NCBI GenBank assembly: GCA_033812595.1 | Contig: JAPXTJ010000002.1 | Location: 1 to 53,945, forward strand | DNA length: 53,945 nucleotides | Source of the DNA: Thermomicrobiales bacterium | Lineage (GTDB): Bacteria > Chloroflexota > Chloroflexia > Thermomicrobiales > UBA6265 | Reading direction: 5' to 3' | Part shown: piece by piece, positions 8,099 to 17,909 of the stretch | Position numbering within the stretch: the first letter of the stretch is position 1 | How the letters are laid out: each line of letters starts with the position of its first letter | The notes under the pieces: model-generated | Databases searched by the model: none | Told to the model about the DNA's origin: nothing | The model's input: only the letters and a program-made list of their open reading frames with translations | Position numbers and translations under genes: made by a program

Positions 8099-9376
8099 TC
8101 AGATGTTCACCACCATGCTGTCGAGATCGCGTGGGTAGAAGGTGAGGCGCTCGGCGCCCCAGGAGCGGACGACGATCGTGTCGGAGTGGCGGAAGCCGCC
8201 GACTCCCGGCGCGTAGATGCCGGGCTCGACCGAGAGCACCATGTTCTCCTCGATCAGGTAGTCGCTCCCCTTGTCGATGAACGGCCACTCGTGGCCTTCG
8301 AGGCCGATACCGTGCCCCGTGTGGTGCCGCTGCATTTCCGGCACGCCGAGATCGGCGTAGAGTTTGCTGATCTCGGTCTCGGCCTCGGCGAAGGTGCGGC
8401 CCGGCTTGAGCGCATCGAACCCGGCCTGCTGCAGCGCCATCATCTGCTCGTAATGCTTGATGAAGGCGGCGTTCGGCTCGCCGATCACCATCGTGCGCTC
8501 GAGTTCCGAGTGGTACCCGGCGATATCGGCGCTGGAACCGGTGACGAGAATATCGCCCCGCTGCAAGCCCATACCCCCGCCCAGGCCGTGCGGCAGCGAG
8601 GTGTTCTTGCCAGCCGAGAAAATCACCCCGGCGGGCTGGCCGAACGTCGTGGTCAGCTGCCGATAGGAGGGACCGAGCGCGTTCAGCATCGCCCGGCTTG
8701 CCTCGGTGGACGCCTCGAGCGAGATGTCGAGCGCGGTGCGACCTAGTTCGAGCTTGTTGTGCATCAGCTGGTGCGCCAGATTGCCCCAAACGCAGGAGTG
8801 GATGATGAAGTTGAGCTCGGCGTCGCTCTTGATCGCGCGCAGGTAATCGACGATATCGCGCGATGACACCGTTTCCACGCCGTCGCCGGCGAGTTCAGTC
8901 AGGGTCGGGCCGTCGTAACCGTTGATATCGAGATACCCGTTGCTGTCGTACCCGAGACGGGTGCCCTTCTTTGTCAGGCCCATCTCCTTGAGCAGATCGG
9001 CGAAATGGAGCAGCGGGTGCTTGGTGCCGCCGCTCGGATACTCGGGATAGACCTTGACGTTCGTGACCGAGGGCGACTTGGCGATGTGCTCCTGTTCGAG
9101 CCAGGGGATCAGCGCGCCGATCTTGTCGCTGGCGCCGATCACGATCGCCATCGGGCGTTCGGTGCTGAGGTGGAAGAAGCCGGTGGTGTAGGCCATCCGG
9201 ATCGGGTGGAAGAGCACCAGCGCGTCGAGCTTGCGCTCGGCCAGCATGGCGCGTACCTTCGCCACCCGCTCGTCGTATTCAGCCTGGCCGATCGCCCAGC
9301 CGATCACTGGTGTCGGGACGGGCGGAGCGGCCGCGGCCGCTTTCTTCGTCGATTTCTTGGCCGGTTTCTTGCCCAT
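8099..9376 (-). CDS. M24-family metallopeptidase, paralogue of 5519-6769, with a Lys/Ala-rich N-terminal tail
   Basis: HHTGHGIGLEGHEWPFID and SVEPGIY motifs. GGGAG lies 8 nt upstream of the ATG at 9376. N-terminus is MGKKPAKKSTKKAAAAAPP. Confidence 0.85.
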   Translation of the reverse strand: MGKKPAKKSTKKAAAAAPPVPTPVIGWAIGQAEYDERVAKVRAMLAERKLDALVLFHPIRMAYTTGFFHLSTERPMAIVIGASDKIGALIPWLEQEHIAKSPSVTNVKVYPEYPSGGTKHPLLHFADLLKEMGLTKKGTRLGYDSNGYLDINGYDGPTLTELAGDGVETVSSRDIVDYLRAIKSDAELNFIIHSCVWGNLAHQLMHNKLELGRTALDISLEASTEASRAMLNALGPSYRQLTTTFGQPAGVIFSAGKNTSLPHGLGGGMGLQRGDILVTGSSADIAGYHSELERTMVIGEPNAAFIKHYEQMMALQQAGFDALKPGRTFAEAETEISKLYADLGVPEMQRHHTGHGIGLEGHEWPFIDKGSDYLIEENMVLSVEPGIYAPGVGGFRHSDTIVVRSWGAERLTFYPRDLDSMVVNI

Positions 9377-9520
9377 GGTGGCGATCTCCCTTACGTACGC
9401 AGCCTGCGGGCGTGATCACGATCAGCGCCGGTTACTGATCCTCATTATGCGCCACTCGTCAGGACACGGACAGCGTGTGACAATGGTCCGCTGCATTCGT
9501 TCGAGCCAGGGAGCGCAGCC

Positions 9521-10066
9521 ATGTCCGCACCAACTGATTCGCCGATTCTGCCGTACGACGTTCGACCCGCCGCAGTTTTGCCGTGGGACCCGCGTTCGCC
9601 CGAAGTCGCTCGCCGGCTGATCGCATTGATCGAGCCGGTGATCCCCGGCGCGACGATCGAGCACATCGGCAGCACCGCCATCCCCGATTGCGACGGCAAG
9701 GGCGTGATCGATCTGATGCTCGTGTACCCGGCAGGCGGCCTGGCTGCGGCGAAAGCGGCCGTCGATGGACTCGGGTTTCAGCGGTGGGAGGCGCCCGGCG
9801 CGCACCCCGATACCCGGCCGGTCCGAATCGGGGCGATCGAGTACGACGGCACGCTCTTTCGCGCGCATGTTCATCTGCTGGCGCCCGATGCTCCCGAAGT
9901 GGAGCAGCAACGACAGTTTCGCGATCGCCTGCGGGCCGATCCGAAGCTGGTGGCCGACTACGTCGCCACCAAGCGGTCGATCATCGCGCGTGGGATCACC
10001 TGGGGACCGTCATTCGGGGAGGCGAAGAGCGACTTCATTCGGCGCGTCCGGGAAGAAGGATCGTGA
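9521..10066 (+). CDS. GrpB-family (UPF0157) protein
   Basis: IEHIGSTAIPDCDGKGVIDLML and FRDRLRADPKLVADYVATK are typical GrpB motifs. Confidence 0.8.
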   Translation: MSAPTDSPILPYDVRPAAVLPWDPRSPEVARRLIALIEPVIPGATIEHIGSTAIPDCDGKGVIDLMLVYPAGGLAAAKAAVDGLGFQRWEAPGAHPDTRPVRIGAIEYDGTLFRAHVHLLAPDAPEVEQQRQFRDRLRADPKLVADYVATKRSIIARGITWGPSFGEAKSDFIRRVREEGS

Positions 10067-11116
10067 CGCCGAGCCGCCGTCGCCGCTGAAGGCGTCGAAC
10101 ACCGTCCGCCCGAGGTGCTGGATGGCGTCGATCGCCGCCCACTCGTCCGGCATCGCCTCGCTCATGCCCACCACCACGATCGGCCCGGAATCGGTGACGA
10201 TGATGCCGGCGTCGTGCACCACCTGCGGGAGGTTGCCGGTTTTGTGCGCGATCCAGGCCGATTCGGGCAGGAGCGCAGGCAGCCGATCGCTGATCGCCTG
10301 CTGCGCGAGGATATCGAGCATCGCCTGGCTCGCGTCGGCGCTGACCACCGTGCGCGACAGCAGCCCCGTGAAGAAGGCGGCGATATCGTGCGGGTTCGTG
10401 ATCATCACCGGCGCCCAGCCGTAGACAGCGTCGACGAAGGCGCCGGCCGCGGCCATCGCCTCCGGGGCGTCACTCTCACCCGGCGGTGGCGGCCACGCCT
10501 CGAACTCTGGCGTCACCGCGAACATCCAGGTGCCGGTGGTCATGCCGATCTCCCAGGCGGTCTCCTGCACATCGGGCCAGTAGACCAGCGTCGAGAGCGC
10601 CCAGGCGGCGACGTTGCTCGACCACGCGCCCATGGCGAAAAGCAACTCGTTGATCGAGACCGATGCGCCGAGCCACGCGTGATCGTAGTAGCTGTCATCG
10701 CCCTCCGACCAGTACCACTCATCGAGCACGAGTTGCTCGTACAGGCTGATGAGACCCTGATCGGCGAGCTTGTAGATGTGCGCCATCAACGGCAGTTTAT
10801 AGAGACTGGCCGCAACGAACGGGACCGTGGCGTTGCTGGCGTAGAGTTGGCCGTTAGCCGGATCGTGCACCAAAAAGCCGTAAACGCCGCCATCTTGCGG
10901 TGTGAGGCCATCGATCAGCGCGGCGAGATCGGCCGGCTCGGGGGTCGCCTGCCGAGCGATCGCGAGATGCGGCACCCCGCTCCCGGCCAACACCAAAAGG
11001 ATGAGCAGCAGGGTCACGGCGGAGGCGCGAGGGACCAACAAAGAGCGGCCGGTTCGAACGAACCGCCGCCAGCGAACGAAGCTCGGATTGTGGACCACGG
11101 CGCTCACCCTGCGCAT
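10010..11116 (-). CDS. Secreted class-A beta-lactamase-like serine hydrolase
   Basis: S-x-x-K (ASLYK), S-x-N (WSSNV) and KTG (HKTGNL) motifs occur in order. N-terminal TM/signal segment. The 3' end overlaps GrpB by 57 nt (convergent). Confidence 0.7.
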   Translation of the reverse strand: MRRVSAVVHNPSFVRWRRFVRTGRSLLVPRASAVTLLLILLVLAGSGVPHLAIARQATPEPADLAALIDGLTPQDGGVYGFLVHDPANGQLYASNATVPFVAASLYKLPLMAHIYKLADQGLISLYEQLVLDEWYWSEGDDSYYDHAWLGASVSINELLFAMGAWSSNVAAWALSTLVYWPDVQETAWEIGMTTGTWMFAVTPEFEAWPPPPGESDAPEAMAAAGAFVDAVYGWAPVMITNPHDIAAFFTGLLSRTVVSADASQAMLDILAQQAISDRLPALLPESAWIAHKTGNLPQVVHDAGIIVTDSGPIVVVGMSEAMPDEWAAIDAIQHLGRTVFDAFSGDGGSASRSFFPDAPNEVALRLPE

Positions 11117-11162
11117 GCCGGTGAGTATGCACCAAACGCTGTCGCTATGTCACAGCCTGAGT

Positions 11163-11552
11163 CTAACGATGGATGCGCAGTCCCGGTACATCCTGGTAGT
11201 CATCAACGTTGCGTGTCACCAGCGTCAGATCGTGCTCAATCGCCGTCGCGGCGATCAAGAGATCGAGCGATCTTGGCCGGACGCGACGTCGCCGGAGCGC
11301 CAGATGGGCACGAATCTGGGCGCAACGTTCCGCTATCGCTTGATCAACCGGCAAAAGCGCGAAACTCTCAATGAGCGATTCGAATACCGTGCGAGGTGCG
11401 TGGCGCTTCTGGTGAAAGCCCTGGCTCACCTCCATATAGGAGATCACGCTGATGCTCACCCCGGAGTCTGCGAAACGAACGAGTAGCTCCTCCGTCTCCT
11501 CATCGTTCGCCAGAAGAGAAATCAGAACGTTGGAATCGAGTAAATAGCTCAT
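11163..11552 (-). CDS. vapC: PIN-domain toxin (VapC-type)
   Basis: MSYLLDSNVLISLL.., YMEV, SLDLLIAATA and TRNVDDY acidic PIN residues. 4-nt overlap with the upstream antitoxin ORF. Confidence 0.85.
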   Translation of the reverse strand: MSYLLDSNVLISLLANDEETEELLVRFADSGVSISVISYMEVSQGFHQKRHAPRTVFESLIESFALLPVDQAIAERCAQIRAHLALRRRRVRPRSLDLLIAATAIEHDLTLVTRNVDDYQDVPGLRIHR

Positions 11553-11833
11553 TCGTCGTACGGTCGACCCGCGCTGTATTGTCCTCGCTGCTCCCGGATT
11601 TCCTCGTTCCAGGCATCGAAGTCAATACCGCTACTGGCCAGCGCGCCGGCTGCAGCCCGGATAGCCGCGCGTGCCTTTTCCGGGTCGTAGTTTGCCCAGA
11701 TGTCCTTCTTCTCTCGCACGATGCGAAATCGCTCGCGTCCGACAGAGACCACGACCGGCTCATCTTCGACCTGAGCGAAGAGTTCCTTGATCGTTGATTC
11801 AGGATCAACGGGAATTGTTCGTTCCGCAGCCAT
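11549..11833 (-). CDS. Antitoxin partner of VapC (family not resolved)
   Basis: Small ORF overlapping the vapC start. ATG at 11833 was chosen over the longer track ORF. Confidence 0.6.
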   Translation of the reverse strand: MAAERTIPVDPESTIKELFAQVEDEPVVVSVGRERFRIVREKKDIWANYDPEKARAAIRAAAGALASSGIDFDAWNEEIREQRGQYSAGRPYDE

Positions 11834-11931
11834 CTTTATCACCCAACCAGATACCCGATCGACGACTTGAGCATACGTCAACCCGCCGACGGGTATCAAT
11901 CCGGATTGCAGCCCGGTTTACGAATCGGCCG

Positions 11932-12975
11932 TCAATTCGGAGCGGCGTCCCAGCCGATGCCCGGGACGTCAGGCGGGGAGATGCAGCCGTCGCGGCCGAT
12001 CCCCTTCTCGACGACGATCTCCACGGCATCGACGAGCGACTCGTAGTAGGTGGTATTCGGGATGGCGCAGGCGAGGTGGAGATTGGGCAGGCCACCGCCG
12101 TGCACTTCTGCCCGCATGTGGAACGCCTCGGCCAGGTGCGCCACCCGCAGGCCGCCGGTGATGCCGCCCTTGTAATGGGTGCTGGTCCGCACCAGATCAG
12201 CCGCATCGCGCACGATGAAATCGGCGATGTTGAAATGCGCTCCGTCCGACGTTTCACCGGAAAGAATCGGGATCAGCACCGCTTCGGCCAAACGCCGGTA
12301 CGCCTCGATGCTGAACTCCCGCATCGGTTCCTCGAGCCAGAGGTAGTTCGCCTCTTCCAGCGCCTTCGCCACGTAGAGCGATTCCATCAGGTCAAAACCG
12401 GCGGAGCCGTCGTACATCAGGTCGATCTCGTCACCGACGTGCGCGCGCAAATCCTGACAGAGCTTCGCGTCCTTGCGGTAATCGCCCCAGGCGTGGAGCT
12501 TGATCGCCTTGAAACCGTAGTCCAGACACTGATCGGCGACGTGCAGGAACTCCTCGGTGGTTTCGAAGGTGACGGTCGAGGCGTACGCAGGTATGCTCTC
12601 CCGATAGCCGCCGATCACCTTGTAGAGCGGCAGGCCCGCCACCTGGGCGGTGATATCCCAGAGCGCGATATCGGCCAAACCGAGCGCGTAGATCGGCAAC
12701 TCCTCGATCCGGTCGATCTCCCAGGCCTGCTCCCAGAGGAACTCCTTGAGCAGCGGATCGTGCCCGACCAGCATCTCGCGCAGCCGGCGATCGACCAGGT
12801 CCTGGATCAGCGGACCCCGCGCCGCCAGCGCCCGGCCGCTGATCCCCTCGTCGGTGTCGATGATCAACCAGGCGTTGCCATTGACCGTCCCCGATCCGGG
12901 CAGGCCGGCGCGCCAGCGGAACACCCGCGGCACCACCGCGTCGAAGAGTTCAACCCGGACATCGGTGATGCGCAC
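11932..12975 (-). CDS. Enolase-superfamily enzyme (mandelate racemase/muconate lactonizing enzyme-like, probable acid-sugar dehydratase)
   Basis: Overall MR/MLE architecture (N-terminal capping domain, KLHAWGD.., DGSAGF.., WLEEP motifs). GTG start at 12975. Confidence 0.75.
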   Translation of the reverse strand: MRITDVRVELFDAVVPRVFRWRAGLPGSGTVNGNAWLIIDTDEGISGRALAARGPLIQDLVDRRLREMLVGHDPLLKEFLWEQAWEIDRIEELPIYALGLADIALWDITAQVAGLPLYKVIGGYRESIPAYASTVTFETTEEFLHVADQCLDYGFKAIKLHAWGDYRKDAKLCQDLRAHVGDEIDLMYDGSAGFDLMESLYVAKALEEANYLWLEEPMREFSIEAYRRLAEAVLIPILSGETSDGAHFNIADFIVRDAADLVRTSTHYKGGITGGLRVAHLAEAFHMRAEVHGGGLPNLHLACAIPNTTYYESLVDAVEIVVEKGIGRDGCISPPDVPGIGWDAAPN

Positions 12976-13066
12976 GTGCGTTTCCTTTCATGGTCAGATC
13001 CGTGTCAGGCCGGCGAGCGATCGACAGCCGCAGAGCGGCATTGTCGCCATTCGGCACGATCGGCGC

Positions 13067-13792
13067 TCAGCCCGATTTCGGTTGCACCGTCGAAACGGTC
13101 TCCATGAGCGCGTTCATTGCGTAGGCGATGTGTTCGCCCATGAGACATTCGGCGCGATCGGCCGCGCCGGCCGCGATTGCCTCGGCGATGGCACGGTGCT
13201 GCTCGGCGGCGATCGGCATCGAGCCGGGGTTCGCTGTGATCATGGCCGCCGTGTTCTGCTGGATTTCGCGAATGGCGTTCATCACCGTAGTCAGCAGCGT
13301 GTTGCCGGTGGCAGCATACAGGGCGCCGTGGAAGCGGTGATCGGAACGGCCGAATGCATCCCAGTCGTCCCGGGCCGCGGCGGTGATTGTCTCGGCGGCG
13401 GTATTGGTGATCGCGCGCAACTGGGCGGCGGTGCGCCGCTCGGCGGCGAGCCGGGCCGTGAAGCGTTCCAGCGGCAACCGCATTTCCAGCAATTCGCGCA
13501 GGCTGCCAGGCTCCGGGCGGGCCGAGAGCACGAGCGCGCGCGATACCATCGGCGTCAGATCGGCGGCGACGTAGGTGCCGGAACCCTGACGTGATTCGAC
13601 CGCGCCAAGGGTGATCAGCACCTTGATCGCCTCGCGGATCACCCCTCGGGAAACGCCGAAGAGTTCACCGAGCTCGCGTTCGGTGGGGAGCCTCGAACCG
13701 GGCAGGAAATCACCGGCGCGGATGCGGCCGAGCAACTGCTCGACCACCTGCTCGTAGGACCGGGTGACGGTGACCGATCGAAACGTCGCCAA
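13067..13792 (-). CDS. GntR-family regulator, FadR/FCD subfamily
   Basis: LPTERELGELFGVSRGVIREAIKVL winged-HTH plus a helical FCD-like C-terminal domain. Confidence 0.85.
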   Translation of the reverse strand: MATFRSVTVTRSYEQVVEQLLGRIRAGDFLPGSRLPTERELGELFGVSRGVIREAIKVLITLGAVESRQGSGTYVAADLTPMVSRALVLSARPEPGSLRELLEMRLPLERFTARLAAERRTAAQLRAITNTAAETITAAARDDWDAFGRSDHRFHGALYAATGNTLLTTVMNAIREIQQNTAAMITANPGSMPIAAEQHRAIAEAIAAGAADRAECLMGEHIAYAMNALMETVSTVQPKSG

Positions 13793-13853
13793 TCGCTCCC
13801 CCGTTCACGAGTTCCGGTCTCTGCCGACCCCGCCCCGGCGCTGTTCTCCGTGG

Positions 13854-14603
13854 TTACGTTTGCGAACCGAGGTAGCGGACGTGGCGCCGATCCTCCGGCG
13901 GCAACGCCAATACCCCTTCGAGCGCCCGGATCGTGACTCCCAGGTGCTCGTCCATCACCGCCGCCGCCGTAACGCTGTCCTGATCGGCGATGGCGTGGGC
14001 GATGCGCAGGTGCTGATCGGCCGCCATCGTGATCGAGCCGGCCATCATCACCACGCGGGAGGAGACATCGCGCTGGATATCGCGAATGGCGGTGTGAATA
14101 GTGATCAGGAAGGGGTTGCGCGCCGCTTCCACGATCAGGCGGTGGAACTTGATGTCGCCATCCTCGAAATCATGCACGTTGTCCGCTTCAGCCGCCGCAA
14201 CCGTTTCGCGGGCCGCTTCCAGGATCGGCTCAACTTCCGCCGCGTCGCGACGGATGGCCGCCAACCGCGCCGCAAGCGTTTCGGTCGATTGACGCAGTTC
14301 CATTAAGGAAAGGAGCGAGCCCTCTTCCGGCTTGGCCGAAAGAACGAGCGCGCGCGAAACCGTCGGGGAGAGATTGGCCGTGACGTAGGTGCCGGAGCCC
14401 TGGCGCGATTCGACCAGGCCGAGCGATGACAGCACCTTGATCGCCTCGCGGATGACCCCGCGAGAGACACCGAAGAGTTCGCCGAGCTCACGCTCGGTGG
14501 GCAGGCGCTGATTCGGGCGAAATTCGCCCCCGTGGATGCGCTCGGTCAGCTGCTCGACCACCTGCTCGTACGAGCGCATGGTGGAAACGGAGCGGAAGCT
14601 CAT
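13854..14603 (-). CDS. GntR-family regulator, FadR/FCD subfamily; tandem paralogue of 13067-13792
   Basis: The same HTH string LPTERELGELFGVSRGVIREAIKVL is present, and the two proteins align by eye along their whole length. Confidence 0.85.
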   Translation of the reverse strand: MSFRSVSTMRSYEQVVEQLTERIHGGEFRPNQRLPTERELGELFGVSRGVIREAIKVLSSLGLVESRQGSGTYVTANLSPTVSRALVLSAKPEEGSLLSLMELRQSTETLAARLAAIRRDAAEVEPILEAARETVAAAEADNVHDFEDGDIKFHRLIVEAARNPFLITIHTAIRDIQRDVSSRVVMMAGSITMAADQHLRIAHAIADQDSVTAAAVMDEHLGVTIRALEGVLALPPEDRRHVRYLGSQT

Positions 14604-14661
14604 GACGCGCTCCCCCGGCGAGCCGATACAGGCCGCTCGCTCACCGAAACGGCCCCCGGAA

Positions 14662-14672
14662 TGGTAGGACCA
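14662..14672. promoter_or_regulatory. FadR/GntR-type box TGGTAGGACCA (TGGT-N3-ACCA) upstream of the GntR gene
   Basis: Palindrome read directly, ~60 nt upstream of the start at 14603. A second partial box TGGTCCGACC lies at 14781-14790. Confidence 0.35.
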
Positions 14673-14915
14673 TCTAACAGATATCGTATTCTCACAGGTC
14701 TGTCAACTCCGTTCGCCCCATGTTTGGGCAAGGGGACCAACGCGCCCGAACGGGCACGCGTGGCGGACCGGGTTGTTCGCTGGTCCGACCGGTTGTCAAG
14801 ACTATACAAGGGAATTCGCAACATCGAAACCGGCTCCCCGGCGGGTCGAGCAGGGGAGCAACAGTCCATGCTCGTCACCGGTCCGGATGACCGACCACCG
14901 AAGCTCAAACGCGGC

Positions 14916-15578
14916 TCAGCGTGATTCCTGATCCGCCCCGAACCCGGCTTCCCGGGCGCGGACGATCGCCTGACCGCGGTCATTGACCTGCAGCTTGGCG
15001 AAGATCGTCGAGAGGTGGTTGGCCACCGTTTTGACGCTGATGTTCAGGTGGCGGGCGATCGTGGCGTTGTTGTGTCCCTCGGCGAGTTCATCGAGAATCT
15101 CCCGCTCGCGCGGGGTGAGTTGCTCGAACTCTCCCCGTTCCTGCCGGGATCGTGCCGCGAACCAGGAGAGCACCCGGTGCGCGATCACCGGGCTGAAGAT
15201 CGCCTCGCCGGAATCAACCGCCCGGATCGCGCGCTCGAATTCCGCTTCCCGGGCGTCCTTGAGCACGTAACCATGGGCGCCGGCCCGCAGCGAGAGGAAG
15301 ACCGAATCGTCATCCTCGTACATCGTCACCACCAGCACCCGGGCTTCGGGAAGCTCGCGGCGGATTTCGCGAATGGCCAGGATGCCGCCCATTTCGGGCA
15401 TCTGCAGATCCATCAACACGACGCCGGGGCGATGCTCCCGAACGCTCGCGATCGCCTGGGTTCCGGTCTCCGCCTCGCCAACCACCTCGAATCCTGGAAT
15501 CGCATTCAACAGGCTGGTCAATCCCTTGCGAAAAAGGGGGTGATCATCGGCCACCACGATCCGGATCGTCCGATCCAT
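14916..15578 (-). CDS. NarL/LuxR-family response regulator
   Basis: Receiver domain (VVADDHPLF, MDLQMP) plus LuxR HTH (LTPREREILDELAEGHNNATIA). The start overlaps the kinase stop (TGATG). Confidence 0.9.
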   Translation of the reverse strand: MDRTIRIVVADDHPLFRKGLTSLLNAIPGFEVVGEAETGTQAIASVREHRPGVVLMDLQMPEMGGILAIREIRRELPEARVLVVTMYEDDDSVFLSLRAGAHGYVLKDAREAEFERAIRAVDSGEAIFSPVIAHRVLSWFAARSRQERGEFEQLTPREREILDELAEGHNNATIARHLNISVKTVANHLSTIFAKLQVNDRGQAIVRAREAGFGADQESR

Positions 15579-17782
15579 CAGGCGGCCCCTTCCGCGAGTG
15601 CGGGAAAATCAACCAGGATCGTCAGGCCGCCCCGCTCGCCACTCACCAGGGCGAGGGCTCCGCCTAACTCCTCGGCCCGTTCGCGCATGGAGCGCATCCC
15701 TACCCCCGGTACGATCTGATCGGGCAAGCCGAGGCCATCGTCCGCGATCGACAATCTGACCGGTCCGGTGAGATCGAGCGTGACCGTGAAGTTGCGGGCG
15801 TTGGCGTGGCGGCTGGCGTTGGTCAGGGCCTCCTCGACGATCCGGTAAATCGCCACTTCGATCGCGACCGGCAGGGCTCGCTCCTCACCGATCAGATCGA
15901 ACCGGGCCTGCTCGATCCCGGTTTCCCCTTCGAAGCCGAGCAGCCGGGTTCGCAGCGCCGCCACCAGGCCGAATTCATCGAGCGCGGGCGGGCGCAAGCC
16001 ATGCACCAGCCGGCGGACATCGCCGATGGCGGAGCGAAGCTCCGTTTGGATCGCATCGATTTCTCGCTCGGCCCGATCAGGATCGCTCCGCAGCAACCGC
16101 CGGATCGAACCGGCCTGGATCGTCAGCGCCGCCAGCTGGGCTCCGAGCCCATCGTGCAGATCGCGCCGCAATCGCCGCCGTTCCTCTTCGCGGGTAGTTA
16201 CGAGCCGCTCCCGCGCCTGCTGCAAGTCGCCGGTCACGCGCAGGGCGTAGGCGGCGACCGAGGTTTGCCGAGCGATGCTTTCGAGCACAGCCCGATCCGC
16301 GCTCGAAAACCCCTCGCCGGGGCCTCGGGGCGTGACCCGCAGTTCGCCGATCCGCACCCGCTGGTAAACGAGCGGCACCGCCGCCTGTTCCGGTCCGGGT
16401 TGACCTGATTCCGCCACGACCTCGAGTCCTGCCCCGGAATTCATGGCGATGGCGACGTGCGGCAGGCGCAGCAGATCGCGCACCGTGCGAGCCACCTCCC
16501 CGAGCAAATCGGCCGGCGCTATGGCCAGCTCCAGCCGAACGCCGAGCCGATCGAGGATGTCGTCCGGATCGTCCCGCGAACCGTAGAGCCACCGATTGAG
16601 CAGCCGGTGGATGCGATCGCGCAGGGGGTGAATCAGCAGGGCGACGATGGCGGCGACGATAATCGCACTCACCCAGAGACGGGGGTGAGATGGTTCGACT
16701 CCTCCAACAAAAAGATTGGCGATGCTGGCGATACCGACATAGGCGATCGCCACCACGCCGACAAGAATGGCGTAAAGCATCGAGCGGTGAATGACGAGAT
16801 CGATGTCGTAGAGCCGATAGCGGAGAATGGCGACGCCGACCACGATCCCGATCGCGTTCAGGCACAGCCCCCAATAGACAATGTAGAGCCAGAACCAGGA
16901 CTCCGGCAGTACCTTCACCAGTGTTCCGTTGCTGGCCGATATGTGTACCGCGTATCCGGTGATGACTACCGCCGCCACCCAGGCGATCCAGCGAAGCTGC
17001 ATTCGCTCGATGCCGGTCGAGCGGCGGAGTCGAAGCGCCATCGAAACGAGCGCAGGAATACCCATGATGAAAATCAGCTCGAAAGGGTTGACGCGCTCGG
17101 CGAATCGAGGCAAGAGCTCAGGCCGGTACCACGGATTCGGAATCTCGCCGAACGTTCCGAACTCGAGATACCTGGATCCAAACCCCCACGCCAGGCTGGC
17201 AACGATAGCCCCATAGAGCCCGATTACGCGCGCGACCTGCCAGATTTTCCCGGCCAGACGTCCGGTCGGAAAGATCAGCGGAAGCTCGACCAGCAGCAGA
17301 TAGAGGCAAAAGGGGTAGAGAAAGCCAAACTGCATCACATGGGGCCCGGCTGGCAAACCCCAATGAGGACGGGTGACAGCCAGCACGCCATAGAGATACG
17401 GCGTTTGGGCCATGATCGTGACGAAACCGGCGATGAGCACCGTCCATCCCACCCGGTGGTGGGGGTACTGCTGCAGGATCAACACACCGGTCATGGCGGT
17501 GCAGAGAAAGAGCGGCCCCCACACAAACATTTCCACGAGCTCAATCGAGAACCCGTCGCGTGCGAGTGCGTACACAATCGCGCCGCTCACGGCAAGCGCG
17601 CACGCCACGCTGAGGGCGAGCATGCTCCAGGCAACGATGAGACGGGGATTTCGCTCAGGAATAGTCCGGGCGAGATCGAGCAACGATGGCTCGCTGAGTG
17701 ATTCAACCGGAACGATATCCGGATGCGTAGTCCGCCCTGGTTCGATCGAAGCGGGTACAGACGCTGCCATGCTGTCGACCAC
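15578..17782 (-). CDS. Sensor histidine kinase (multi-TM N-domain, GAF-like, HisKA_3, HATPase)
   Basis: H-box RRDLHDGLGAQLAAL. ATPase motifs near the C-terminus (ADDGLGL, GVGMRSMRERAEELGG). About 10 predicted TM helices in the first ~370 aa. Confidence 0.9.
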   Translation of the reverse strand: MVDSMAASVPASIEPGRTTHPDIVPVESLSEPSLLDLARTIPERNPRLIVAWSMLALSVACALAVSGAIVYALARDGFSIELVEMFVWGPLFLCTAMTGVLILQQYPHHRVGWTVLIAGFVTIMAQTPYLYGVLAVTRPHWGLPAGPHVMQFGFLYPFCLYLLLVELPLIFPTGRLAGKIWQVARVIGLYGAIVASLAWGFGSRYLEFGTFGEIPNPWYRPELLPRFAERVNPFELIFIMGIPALVSMALRLRRSTGIERMQLRWIAWVAAVVITGYAVHISASNGTLVKVLPESWFWLYIVYWGLCLNAIGIVVGVAILRYRLYDIDLVIHRSMLYAILVGVVAIAYVGIASIANLFVGGVEPSHPRLWVSAIIVAAIVALLIHPLRDRIHRLLNRWLYGSRDDPDDILDRLGVRLELAIAPADLLGEVARTVRDLLRLPHVAIAMNSGAGLEVVAESGQPGPEQAAVPLVYQRVRIGELRVTPRGPGEGFSSADRAVLESIARQTSVAAYALRVTGDLQQARERLVTTREEERRRLRRDLHDGLGAQLAALTIQAGSIRRLLRSDPDRAEREIDAIQTELRSAIGDVRRLVHGLRPPALDEFGLVAALRTRLLGFEGETGIEQARFDLIGEERALPVAIEVAIYRIVEEALTNASRHANARNFTVTLDLTGPVRLSIADDGLGLPDQIVPGVGMRSMRERAEELGGALALVSGERGGLTILVDFPALAEGAA

Positions 17783-17909
17783 TCCACTAGTGGCGTCATC
17801 CGTTCAGGAAGTCACAGTCTCTTCGCGGAGTGTACTCGTGCCGGAATCGTTCCAGAGAGCATCGGCAGAGCGACTTCCCGCAGCCGCTCTGCCGGTGCCA
17901 AAGCGGACG

